Assembly (NCBI GenBank): GCA_046350815.1
Contig: JAXLZO010000001.1
Span: 90,001 to 122,000, forward strand
Direction of reading: 5' to 3'
DNA from: Candidatus Saccharimonadota bacterium
GTDB lineage: Bacteria; Patescibacteriota; Gracilibacteria; BD1-5; UBA2023
DNA length: 32,000 nucleotides
How positions within the stretch are numbered: the first letter of the stretch is position 1; each line of letters opens with the position of its first letter. This document shows, piece after piece, positions 1-11,300 of this stretch. The notes under the pieces are model-generated. The model saw nothing but the letters and a program-made list of their open reading frames with translations, had not been told where the DNA came from and searched no databases. A program made the translations under genes and the position numbers.

Positions 1-574
1 TCCGCTCAAAATATTTGCCATATACGAAGGAGGAATGAGTTTTCACGGTTGACTCATTGGAGTGATAATTGCAACCTTTTTCATTGCTCGCTGACTTCCA
101 CAGTCTGATTGGATCAATTATGCAAGGTCATTTCGAGAGAGATTCCTGATACTTATTGACCATCTTGCTTTGATAGCGCCATTTGGGATTGCTCTCGGAA
201 GATTTGGTAATTATATGAATCATGAGCTCCTTGGAGCAAGTGGCTATACCTGACCACTTGCGGTAGCGATCAATAACATTTCCTATTTTCCATCACCACT
301 CCTCGAGATGTTACTTGAAGGAATTCTCCTTGGAACCATTATTCTCTGTATATCAATTTTCAAAAAACAAAGACGAAGTGGAACACTTGCTCTTATATTT
401 GCTATTGGATATAGTATCGCTCGTTTTATTTCCGAATTCTTTCGTGAACCAGATGCACAACTAGGATATCTCCTTGGAGGAATGAGTATGGGACAAATTC
501 TCTCCATCGTGATGTGTATATTTGGATCTTTATTTCTTCTCTCTTTGATGTATGCGCCGAATCGAAAAAAATAA
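1..574 (+). CDS. lgt: prolipoprotein diacylglyceryl transferase, 5' end cut by window edge
   Basis: Frame starting at base 2 reads ...IYEGGMSFHG[TGA 50-52]LIGV...GRFGNYMNHELLG...FPSPLLEMLLEG...FREPDAQLGY..SMGQILS, the Lgt signature blocks. It has three in-frame TGA and a TAA stop at 572-574. Confidence 0.85.
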
Positions 575-1151
575 TGCACCTCTCACCAAAATCCTCACTG
601 TCTCAGCCATTATTGTTACCATGCTCACTACTGCAGAAATTGCAGGTTATAGCAATCTTGGACTCTGGCAATACACTGGAATTCAGTTGAATAATATCAT
701 AGATACTATCGTTCAAGGTCTTTTTATGCCACTACGTCACGCTGGAGTGCTCCATCTTCTGGGCAATCTCCTATTTCTCTGGTATTTCGGTGGACCAATC
801 GAGCGATACATCGGTACCTATGGTTATTTTATAGGATATATTCTCACGCTCATTGTGACACTCATTGGACTCTCACTGTTTGCACAATGACCAACTGCTG
901 GAATGAGTGGATTCTGACTTGCACTTCTCACTTTTCTCGCCATGCATCTGACGAAAATACATTCATCAGAAGCAAAAGGAGCATGGGTATTTGTCGTACT
1001 CAATATTGCCATGGGACTCTTTGGAGGAATATCACTCACAGCTCACCTCTTCGGTGCAATCGGCTGAGTTATGTGGTATCTCGGTTGGAGAGCACTCTGA
1101 TCACCACATACCAGTGAGAATCTTAATCTACCTGGACTTTCGACAAGATAG
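552..1151 (+). CDS. rhomboid-family intramembrane serine protease
   Basis: ATG at 552 overlaps the lgt end. Motifs: HAGVLHLLGNLLFLWYFGGPIERYIG, a GxSG block (AGMSGFGLALL) after in-frame TGA 888-890, and AHLFGAIGG (second catalytic His). TAG stop at 1149-1151. The start could instead be the internal ATG at 621. Confidence 0.8.
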
Positions 1152-1189
1152 GATGAATCTTTTAGTTTACTTTGAATAACAAAATACAA

Positions 1190-1214
1190 ACCCCCTTATC
1201 GGGGGTTATTTTAT
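1190..1214. terminator. bidirectional intrinsic terminator between convergent rhomboid and PPIase genes
   Basis: Stem aaccccc (1190-1196) / gggggtt (1202-1208), loop ttatc, followed by attttat. An A/T-rich run sits on the other side. Confidence 0.7.
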
Positions 1215-1248
1215 CTGTCATCCTGAACTTGATTCAACATCTTGATTC

Positions 1249-1833
1249 CTACTCAACTGATTTCACCTCTACTTCCAATGTAAGAGACTTTCCGGCAAGG
1301 GGATGTTGTCTCGGATGTGAGAGGACTACAAATTCATCATCAAGAATCTGTTTGATAGTATACTTTTGATTGTTCCAAGTCGTAGTGGCTCAAGTTGCAA
1401 TTTTGTCTGGATCAAACCATTCTTCCATACCGGAAGCATCAGATCGAGTGATCTGTGATCTTCGGACGATATCTTCTTGTTCGGCAGTTCCATATGCTAC
1501 GGATGGATCGAGAAGTACCGATTTTTTGTCTCAGGATTTCATACCAAATAACTGTCGATCAAGCTCCGGGAGTTTGTTGTAAGATCCGAGTTGTTCCTCT
1601 TTTCCGATATGTATCTGTATTCAGAGTTTTTCTTGAACAATAACACCGGAAGAATAGAGACGATAATCGATCATTGCTACGGATCCTGAAGCAATCGCAA
1701 TAAGGGGTTTTGATACTCTATCATCTTTCTGCGACGAGAGAGTCGTTTTCTCCGATGAATTACCACCTGAAAGCGAACAAGAGGCAAGGGCGAGGGCGAT
1801 GATTGTGAGAAGGGTGGTTGTTTTGATATGCAT
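1249..1833 (-). CDS. FKBP-type peptidyl-prolyl cis-trans isomerase, predicted lipoprotein
   Basis: Starts MHIKTTTLLTIIALALASC (lipobox LASC). After merging across TGA 1621-1623, 1531-1533 and 1390-1392 it reads ...IDYRLY..G...LFGMKSGDKKSVLLDPSVAYG...HPLAGKSLTLEVEVKSVE, typical of SlyD/FkpA-type FKBP domains. TAG stop at 1249-1251. Confidence 0.75.
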
Positions 1834-1842
1834 AGTGCAAGA

Positions 1843-3495
1843 TTAATAATTAGCAGTTCATGATATGGTACTTTGAACAGAAGATCAATCATCGTTGTAA
1901 CATGTCAGTGTTGTATTTACAATAGGATTGATGTGGCTTATTGCTACACTATAAGTACCGGTCGTTGCTACATTATTCTGATAACCTGAGAGATTACAAT
2001 ACTTGGTATAACTTGACTGCCACTGTATCTCTGCACTTTTATTACTGTTCGCAAGGCCAAGATTGTTTATTTGCAAAAGGTTGATTTTGGGTTCTGGTGG
2101 AGGTAAAGTAAGTTCCGCTGTAGACATAGTACCTCAGAGTCCATAGCAAGTTATCATATATGTTCTACTACCTGTGGTAGGCATCTCAAAATACTTTTTA
2201 TCGGAATATACCCCACTTATTCCTTGCTTAACTAAATCAATCTCCTGTGTGTCATTACTCACAAAATAATAAGAATAAGAAGTATAAGGGTCGCTCACTA
2301 AGCTCTTAAAATTCTTCAATTGACATTTTTGTGCATTCGTGACAGACCAAGAAAGTGTAGCGGGAATCATCTGAATGTGATCTCTACTAACGAAGTGTCT
2401 ATAATCGGTCCTATCTGCACTCAAGAGAATAGTTGGTCTCTGTGGGTCAAGAACTTGTACAGTGATAGATTTTGATGTTGATCACTCTCAATTGATACAT
2501 GTAAGCGTATAGGTTTGAGAGCTTGTGAGATTTGTGAGTCTTTCAAATTCATAATTTCCAGTAGCCTTTGACCCCGACCAATCATTACTTGCCGTACAAG
2601 ACGTAGCATTCGTTGTCGACCATATCAGGACAGTCGATCAATTGTATGCTACAGTATTGCCGCTCGCACTGAAAGAAACAATCGGTAGATTCTTTGTTGC
2701 GACAACCACGGATGTTGAATCGACTTGACTTTTTGTATTCTTATTGATACAACGAATCACAAAGGGTCCAATATTACCGGATGCGGATCAAACACTTATG
2801 GCAACACCACTTGGTACCAAATATCATCCGGATGTGTTCGTCGCATCTAATCCAGGCGATCATTGAATAAAGGAACAAGACTCGAGGTTCTCACCGATAG
2901 ACCAATACAAACTGAAGGAAGATTGCTTATCAATAATTGGTGAGCTTGGTTGTAAAAGAATTTCATCTGGATTCGGCTGTGTCGAGGACGAAGTTCCGTT
3001 CTGTGTCGAGGACGAAGTTCCGTTCTGTGTCGAGGACGAAGTTCCGTTCTGTGTCGAGGACGAAGTTCCGTTCTGTGTCGAGGACGAAGTTCCGTTCTGT
3101 GTTGTGGACGGAGTTCCGTTCTGTGTCGAGGACGAAGTTCCGTTCTGTGTTGTGGACGGAGTTCCGTTCGGTTGTGTGATTTGTGTTATTTGCTGAAATA
3201 TTTGTTGCGTGGCTGCATTTACGATACATCGAGGTGTGCCATCTCCTTCAAAACCTATAATAACACCGTTGGGACAACTTTGTCAGGTGGTTGCGTCTCC
3301 AAAAGCATTTCGAAAATAATTCATCATTGTGCCACCTTCAGCTTCTCCTGCTGGAGCCGAATTTGGCCAGGTAATCGGTGTATTTGCCCATACAATGGAG
3401 CCGGTAAATACGACGCCAAGAGCCACACTACATGTACCAAATGCCACAAGTCATTTGGTCCATTGCGATTTTCGTCACTTTCAGATGAATTTCAT
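1843..3495 (-). CDS. secreted or surface protein: N-terminal signal anchor, Ser/Thr-rich octapeptide repeat linker, four Ig-like modules
   Basis: ATG at 3495 gives MKFIGKGRKSQWTKGLVAFGTCSVALGVVFTGSIVWA. This is followed by QNGT(S/P)S(S/T)T x8 and then four roughly 85-110-aa modules, each ending in a ...TY.LTC(I/Y)N-like strand (for example WSTTNATSCTASNDWSGSKATG...TYTLTCINGEGS). It is one open frame in code 25 with TAA at 1843-1845. Standard-code fragments 2134..2424 and 1885..2127 share its frame. Confidence 0.7.
2979..3170. repeat. 8 x 24-bp head-to-tail tandem repeat inside the surface-protein CDS
   Basis: Unit is gtgtcgaggacgaagttccgttct. Copies 1-5 and 7 are identical. Copies 6 and 8 are the variant gtgttgtggacggagttccgttc(t/g). 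It encodes QNGTSSST / QNGTPSTT on the minus strand. Confidence 0.95.
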
Positions 3496-3551
3496 AAAAA
3501 ACAAATAATACTACTTTGCTCAGTGTAACATAAGAAAATCGAAATTGCAAA

Positions 3552-3595
3552 AAAAACATACAAATCATCTTGTAAAAGATGATTTGTATGTTTTT
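3552..3595. terminator. intrinsic terminator (19-bp perfect stem)
   Basis: aaaaacatacaaatcatct (3552-3570), loop tgtaaa, agatgatttgtatgttttt (3577-3595). It lies downstream of the 3655..4317 gene. Confidence 0.8.
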
Positions 3596-3654
3596 AGTAA
3601 GTATTATCTTATCACCCGATACGGTGTGTTTTCAAGGAGATATATTCTCGGAGA

Positions 3655-4317
3655 TTATCTCAATTGCATCGCGGGTTTCACTTCCTTGTAGTACAATTCC
3701 TTTGGCACCTCAATAATCACAGCTCTTCCATCAAAGCTCGTAAGAAACCGCACCATGCTCTGGTTATCTGGATTGACTGGATTAATAAAGAACGTTCGTC
3801 CTCAGAGTGCTGTAGTTTCCGTAGTTGTATAGAGCTCACCGATAGCGCTTGGGAGTTTCTCACGTACTGTGTTGTAGTTTGCTCAACAGACTGTGACAAT
3901 CAGTCCATTATCAGCCCTATAGGTTGTTGTCGCGATGAGACGAGATAGTGTGAGGAGCACACGTGATCATTTTGGATCTACTTGAAGTTCTGTTGAGCCA
4001 AATATTTTCACGAGTGATGGTGGTAATGCAAGGGACTTTGCATTCGTGTTATCTTCTTTATTTTCTTGTTTTTGTGGGTTCTCAATGGGTTTTGTCTCAG
4101 ATGTCTTTGATGGTACTACACTACTTGTACTCGATAATAATGATTGTCTCCCATCCTGAAACCCTATAGGAATCTGTCCTGTTTGTTGTGATGGTTGACT
4201 GAGACGCTCTGCGAGAGAAGTAACCTGCTTACGATAATCTGGTGAAAACCAAGACATGAGCAGGTTTACAAAGAAAAAAGCGAGAAGCGAATAAATAAGG
4301 ACAATTCCCGTGCGCAT
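3655..4317 (-). CDS. hypothetical membrane-anchored protein
   Basis: MRTGIVLIYSLLAFFFVNLLMSWF is an N-terminal TM segment, followed by a Ser/Thr/Gln-rich linker. The frame continues through TGA 3967-3969, 3883-3885 and 3802-3804 to TAA at 3655-3657. I recognise no family motif. Confidence 0.6.
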
Positions 4318-4344
4318 GTGGATAATAAAAGCTCTCTCAACAAA

Positions 4345-4896
4345 TTAGTGAGAGCGAATGCTTGCAAAATCAAGCTCTACTGGCGTTTCACGTCCAAGGA
4401 GATTTACGCTTACTGTTACCTTTCCAACAGTCTCGTCAATCTTGGTTATCACACCTTCGGATCCCTCAAATGGAGCTACTGTAATTGTCACGATATCGCC
4501 AACTTGATACTTGATATTATAGGTTGCACTTTGTTCAGAAAGCACCCCTTTGAGACGTTCAAGCTCTTCACCACGAACTGGAACTGGTACAGTACCAGCA
4601 CCCAGAAACCCAGTTACATTTGGAGTATTACGAACAATATACCAAGATTCATTCGTCACAAGCATCTTCACGAGAATATATCCTGGAAAAATATTCTTCT
4701 TACGTACGGTTTGTTTTCCAGCTTGAGAAATATTGATCGTATCATGAAGCGGAACAAATACATCTAAGAGAAAATTCTCAAGACCAAATGCCTCACGACG
4801 CTGCATAAGAGACTGACGAACATTCTCCTCAGTTCCAGAAATTACACGGATGACATACCAATCACCCTCTTCAGCAGAAATGCTATCGAAAAACAT
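4345..4896 (-). CDS. nusG: transcription termination/antitermination factor NusG
   Basis: ...GDWYVIRVISGTEENV...IFPGYILVKM...TPNVTGFLG... plus a C-terminal KOW block (YQVGDIVTITVAPFEGSEGVITKID). TAA stop at 4345-4347. Classic secE-nusG order. An ATG at 4896 is preferred over the TTG at 4911. Confidence 0.9.
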   Translation of the reverse strand: MFFDSISAEEGDWYVIRVISGTEENVRQSLMQRREAFGLENFLLDVFVPLHDTINISQAGKQTVRKKNIFPGYILVKMLVTNESWYIVRNTPNVTGFLGAGTVPVPVRGEELERLKGVLSEQSATYNIKYQVGDIVTITVAPFEGSEGVITKIDETVGKVTVSVNLLGRETPVELDFASIRSH

Positions 4897-4898
4897 AT

Positions 4899-5297
4899 TT
4901 ATTGTGCTCAAGAATTAGAACGTGTACCAGTTGAGGACGATGGAGATACAAGATTGGCCCCTGTCATGCTTCCTGTTGCTGTTATTGCACCAGTTGATAG
5001 AGTTACACCACTTGCCGAGAGAAGCTTGTTAATATCAAAATCTTCTGGGAGATTCGATTGCGTTGTACTATCTTGAATATGTAATTTTTCACGAATGATA
5101 TCTCGAGCTCCAAAAAGTGATTCTCGGAAAGCAATACCAATAATTGAGAGAAGAATGGTCATACTAATAATTACTCCAAGAGTAATTAAGAGGTATTTGA
5201 TAGCATCAGGGCGACTTGGCCATGCAACATGTTCGAACTCTTTGACAGAATTTGTCAAAGGTGAAAATAATGAAGAACTTTCTTTTTTCTGTGACAT
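4899..5297 (-). CDS. secE: preprotein translocase subunit SecE with a long C-terminal extension
   Basis: MSQKKESSS..VKEFEHVAWPSRPDAIKYLLITLGVIISMTILLSIIGIAF matches the SecE (V/L)xWP + TM pattern. The track stop at 4908-4910 is TGA, so in code 25 the frame runs three more codons to TAA at 4899-4901. It sits immediately upstream of nusG. Confidence 0.8.
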
Positions 5298-5353
5298 AGG
5301 AATTTTTGCGATTGAGTATAGGAAAACTTGAAAAGAAGTCAAAACAGAACTCG

Positions 5354-5375
5354 AAAATCCCCACATGGGGATTTT
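5354..5375. terminator. intrinsic terminator overlapping the stop of the giant ORF
   Basis: aaaatcccc (5354-5362), loop acat, ggggatttt (5367-5375). The TAA of the giant gene is at 5375-5377. Confidence 0.65.
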
Positions 5376-8300
5376 TACTCATAAATTCCATTAAAACGGT
5401 AACATGTTCAAGAACCATTAGGACAGGTATCCGAATAAATAATTCAAGGAAGTCACCAACACGTCGTTTGTCCATTATTTTTGAGTGCACATGTCTGGTA
5501 TCCACCGACTATTGCAATCTCAGTCACATCTGAAAGTCCGATTGGAACAGCTGTTTGACCATGATCATTCGAACCCCAGCACTCCACCGTCCCATCATTC
5601 TTAACTACACATCCATGTTGATAACCAATATTGAACTTAGACACATTAGTAATAGCTGGAATACTGGAATCAACAGTAGGAGATCCACTCACGTTATACT
5701 GCCAACATACCAATCGAGAATTAGGTTGTTGAATAGCACAAACATCATTTGTTGTTCACCAATGAGTACCAACCAAATTGGTCAAAGAAGATGTTCATGG
5801 AACAACAGATGCGTATGAATTATAGTTTTCACAAATCGCTCAGCCACCTGATTTTAATCAGCAAAGATGATGTAGATTTGTTATCTGAACAATATCATAA
5901 AAGGTACTAGATAGGTCAGTTCCATTGCCATAACTCGATCATCACCAACAAAGAACGGTATGATCCGATCGAATAACACATGCTGATGCAGGATAACTTT
6001 CAGAAACAGCAACTTGCAAAATACCTGATAATCAAGATGGCATATTTGCAGCTATATCTCACCAACATTGAACATCACCATCGGTGCTCAAGGCACACCC
6101 ACCATATTGTCAATTTTGAATCTGATGAAAGGTACCAGAAAGCGCTGGTGTTGTATCAGCCCATATATTGATGCCACAATTAATATGATTAGAGAGATAT
6201 GTTTCCATGTGATGAGAATTACAGAAACGTGGAACATTTTCAGCAAAATTAAACTGATCTGGGGTGAGTAGCATGGTATCCAGAGGACTTATAGGAGTAG
6301 GAACATTAACCGGATGACCATTACCATCATCGTCCAGAACTCCATCATCATTCATATCATAGAGTGTTTTATCATCTAAATAACCACACGTCAGACTTTG
6401 GTCAGAATTAATTCTACAAACTTCTGGATATACAGGACTAAACCATGGACTCCATTGTTTTGTACTACTCATGTTTTGGTCGTTAAACACGACATTTGGT
6501 AGATTCATCTGAAACTCTCAAGGCACATCTTGGAGGGCACCTGTCAATGGATGAAAACAAGTTATTGTCTCATCATTTTTTAGTACACACGTACTATCAA
6601 TATCTGTCTCATGATGGTCAAAATTTGGAGCACTATCGATGTCAAGGATATTATTTATAAGTGTATTCGGTATGGATCAATTGTTATTAACAAAAGACAG
6701 AGCGTTGATATGTGATATATCGGTTGTATTTGATGAGTTATTCGAGTAAAATCCCCAAGAAATAACGTTACCATCAGATTTTCTTGCATAAGTTCTTCAA
6801 GCCGTATTAGTAATCTGTGTTACTCAAGAAAGACCCGAAGGAACATGCGTCTGACTATATCAACTACTTCACCAACATTGTACAGTACCATTATTTTTAA
6901 GAGCACACACATGCTCTGCTCATACTGATACCTGCTTTACATTCGTCACATTTGACGGAACATTTGTTTGGCCATATTGGTTATTACCCCAACAAACGAC
7001 ACTGCCATCGTTGCGAACAACACACAACGTTGATATCTTTGGAACCATTGTTGTTCCTTGATCTACACTATTAAACCCAGATATTTGTCGCACCGAGTCA
7101 ATCGGAAAGTTTGGCTTTGATGCTGACCAAGAGAATCACCAACAAACCAGCTGACCGTCAGATTTTACCGCACATGTTTCCCCATTGAGTACAAGAATTT
7201 GTATTACACCTGAGAGTCAACCCGGTACATTATTTTGCCCAAGAGCATTGTCTCATCACCAACATGCAACCGTACTATCAGAGCGAATAGCACACTTATG
7301 ATCACTTGCAACACCAATTCTCTTCTGATCATATGAAGCTACGTTCGATCCAGTTACTCATTGTGGAATCTCGAGCAGATTTTGAAATGAAACCTGGGAT
7401 CGGTCATTTCGTCCCCAACATACGATAGTACTATCAGATTTGAGAGCACAAGTATGAGCTCAACCGGCAGACACTTCAGCAATATCACTCAGACCTGATG
7501 GAGTGTTATTTTGCCCATAGCTATTCGATCACCAACAACTCATGGTGCTATCAGATTTGAGGGCACAAGTATGTCCATATCAAGAAGAAATACTTACTAC
7601 ATCGGATAGTCATGATGGTATATTTGTTTGACCGTTGCCGTTATACCCCCAACAGCGAACAAATCCTGTTTGGATCAAGCTACAAGTAAAATTCGAACCA
7701 GCTGATACCTCCATAACTCCTGAAAGGTCTCATGGAACCAACGATTGATTCGATCTGTTGTCACCCCAACATTCCACTGTTTTATCAGATTTGAGGGCAC
7801 AGGAATGATAGGATCAGAGTGAAATACTAACAACTCAGGTGAGTCCAGGAGGAACATCTATTTTTCCATATTCATTATCTCACCAGCATTCGACGGTTCC
7901 ATCTGATTTGAGGGCACAAGCATGATTATCTCATACGGAAACAGCAGTTGTAGAGCTCAATCATAATGGAACCTCGAGGAGACTACAATCAACAGTACTA
8001 TCGGATCGTAGGTTACAGGTATTCATACTACCAGCAGCAACTTGAACAACGTTGTTCTGTATAGTATCATTATTTGCAGAACATAGTGCTGATCATGATC
8101 GTAGAACACAGGTATGGTCAGCTCACAGACTTATATTTGCACCTTCATGAACAAAACTCGTAATCGTAATCGGTCGAAGATCCTCTGGAATATCCGTTTG
8201 TCCGTTATCATTGTTTCACCAACAAACGACCGAATTATCAGACTTGAGGACACAAACATGATACGATCCAACGGTGATATCAATAACGTTAGATAATCAA

Positions 8301-11300
8301 CTTGGTATATTTCATTGACCATTGCTATTATCTCACCAACATTCCACGGTTCCATCAGATTTAAGTGCACACGCATCAGTATTACTATTTGCCACCTTCA
8401 CGGCATTCGTTATTGGTGATGGAGGTGTTACGGAGTTACACATAACACTTGTATCATATTGCACAGAGCATATTTCTATACCCAACATGGTAGATCAAAT
8501 TGTATCAACCTCATTACGAAATCAAAGAGAATTTCCCCCAATACATTGCATTTTTCCATTTGTTTGGAGAACACACGTAGTATAGTTGCCTGCAACTACT
8601 TCAATAATATCATGATTCAAACCATCTGGAATACTACTTTCAGAATAATTATTACTTCACCAACACTCTACCGTATTATCAGATTTAAGTGCACAGGTAT
8701 GACCATCTCATGCGGAGATTTGGACTACATTCGTAAGTCAAATGGGTACATCGTTTTCACCAGAATAATTAAATCACCAGCACTCTATTGTTCCATCTGA
8801 TTTGAGGGCACAGGTGTGAGTTTGACCACTCGTTATCTGAATAACGTCATTGAGTCCTGATGGTGGTGTTGCAAGACCTAAATAATTATTTCACCAACAT
8901 TCTACTGTCTCATCAGTCTTAATAGCACAACTAAATGCATGTCCAGCAGAGATTCTCTGATCTTCATAACGAGTGCTGGCGAGATTAAGTGGTGTGAATC
9001 CAGAACCAAATGGAACTGGGGAGTCACTCTCTCATTCCCAATTTGATCACCAACAGATAACCTGATTACTCGCATCTCTCGCACAGACATGAGTAGGACT
9101 CGTAGCAATATCAATGGCAGAAAGTGAAGATGGAATCATATTTTCACCATGTATGAAGGTGCTTTGAGTAAAACATTCAACACTACCATCAGCCTTCATA
9201 GTACAAAGATTACCTCCTCCAGCACTGATTTTCACGACATTATCCACTCAGATATCACCAGATATTGTTCACCAGCAGAAGACTCGACCAGTCTCACGGA
9301 GAGCACACGTATAAGCAGATCATGCAGCAAGCTGTGCAACACGAGTCAAAGTCGGAACATCCGTTTGTCCCTCACTATCAGATCACCAACATGTGAGAGT
9401 TCTATCAGATCTCAAAGCACATGAATGATAGTCCCCACTTACAACTTGTACCACATCAGTGAGTCATGAAGGTGGAGTGGTTTGCCCATTATCATTGAGA
9501 CCCCAACATTCGACGGTTCCATCTGATTTGAGAGCACAGACATGGCTTGCTCCTGCTGAAATCTGAGTTACATTTGAGAGTCATGAAGGTGTGGTGGTTT
9601 GTCCATCGTCATTAAGTCACCAACATTCGACGGTTCCATCTGATTTGAGAGCACAGGTATGAGATGCTCAAGCACTGATTTGAGTGACATTCGTGAGTCC
9701 AGATGGTACGGTAGTTTGCCCATCAGCATTGAGACCCCAACATTCCACAGTAGCATCAGATTTGAGAGCACAGGTAAACTGATAACCAGTCGTCATACCT
9801 TGATCCTCAAATACTGGTTCTGTTATTGGACTACTTGCTATTCCGCCAAACCCGGGTGGAACTTCGGTTTGACCATCCATTCATTGTCACCAACATGCAA
9901 TGGTATTATCCGATTTGAGGGCACATGTATGAGATCCTCACATAGAGGTGCTAATTTCAGTAACACCAGAAAGTGTCATTGGCACGTCGGCTTGACCATC
10001 ACCATTATCCCCATCACACTCGACACTACCATCAGTATGAACCAAGCAAGAGTAATATTCTCCGGCACTGATATGAGCAACATTCGAAGCTCCTGAGAGA
10101 TCCCCATTCGATCACCAGCAAACTACCGAATCATCAGTCTTAATAGCACAAATATGTTCATCACCAGCTGATATTTGCTTCACAGTACCAATGTCACTTG
10201 GGAAATTATCTTGTCACGATCACATATTTCACCAACACTGCATTCGTCATGTATCTTTGAGTGCGCAAGCAAAATTCCAACCAGTTGCAATTTGAACAAT
10301 ATGATTTAGTTCGCTTGGCACATTTGTTTGTCCATCACTATTATCTCACCAACACGTAACGGTTCCATCAGATTTGAGGGCACATACATTATTATAGCCA
10401 ACACTCATCTGAACAACACCACTTAATCATACCGGAACATCCGTCTGTCATCACGATGGGTCTCACCAACATGATACTATTCAGTCAGATGAAAGAGTAC
10501 ATGCAAAACGATATCATGCACTGATCGCTATAACATTATCGAGACCGATAGGTATATCAAGCTGTCATGCGTCATTTGCACCCCAGCACTCTACCCCACC
10601 AGTTGAGGTAATTGCACATGTAAAGTTATTACCTGTTGTGAGGCGATGATCGTCAAAAACAACTGAATTAAGGATAACAGGAAAGTTTTGAAGCTCTTCA
10701 GGAACCGGTAAGTATCCAAAAAGATTCCAGCATACAACACTACTATCGGATTTGATAACACAAGTGTGTTCCCTGCCAGCGGATATTTGAACTACGTTTG
10801 AAAGATCAGGTGGAACATAATTTGAGCTCACACTCCAACCATCACTATTCCAATATTCTCACCAACACTCGACGCTACCGTCGGATTTGAGTGCACAATT
10901 ATATGAAGAATCAGATGAAATTTGTGTAACATCCGCAAGTCATGGAGGTACATATGCAGCCGGGTTTTCTCATTCCATATTTATACCCCAACACTCGACG
11001 GTCGCGTCGGATTTGAGGGCGCAAGTATGGTATTTACCAGCTGATACCTGAGTAATATTAGAGAGTCATAAAGGAATATCGATTTGACCATTATCATTCG
11101 AACCCCAACACTCGACGGTCGCGTCGGATTTGAGGGCGCAAGTATGGTATTCTCAGGCGGAGATTTGAACTACATTGGTCAATCATGACGGCGGAGTAGA
11201 TTGTCAGTACCAATCAGCTCCAACACACTCTACGGTTCCATCAGATTTGAGGGCACAGGTATGTTCTCATCAGGCGGAAATTTGTGTAACATCAGAGAAG

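Noticed and set aside
2937-3229. Track ORFs with the repeated peptides SRTKFRSV (+) and TERNFVLD (-), and the possibility that the 24-bp repeats form a CRISPR array
   Set aside because: These are wrong-frame or wrong-strand readings of the VNTR. The frame continuous with the upstream signal anchor and the downstream Ig-like modules gives QNGTSSST. The repeats are contiguous with no spacers, so this is not CRISPR.
3172-3528. 118-aa Cys-rich plus-strand ORF
   Set aside because: It is antisense to the N-terminus (signal anchor) of the 1843..3495 gene and shows no recognisable motif.
4318-4767. 149-aa plus-strand ORF
   Set aside because: It lies entirely antisense to nusG, whose identification is secure.
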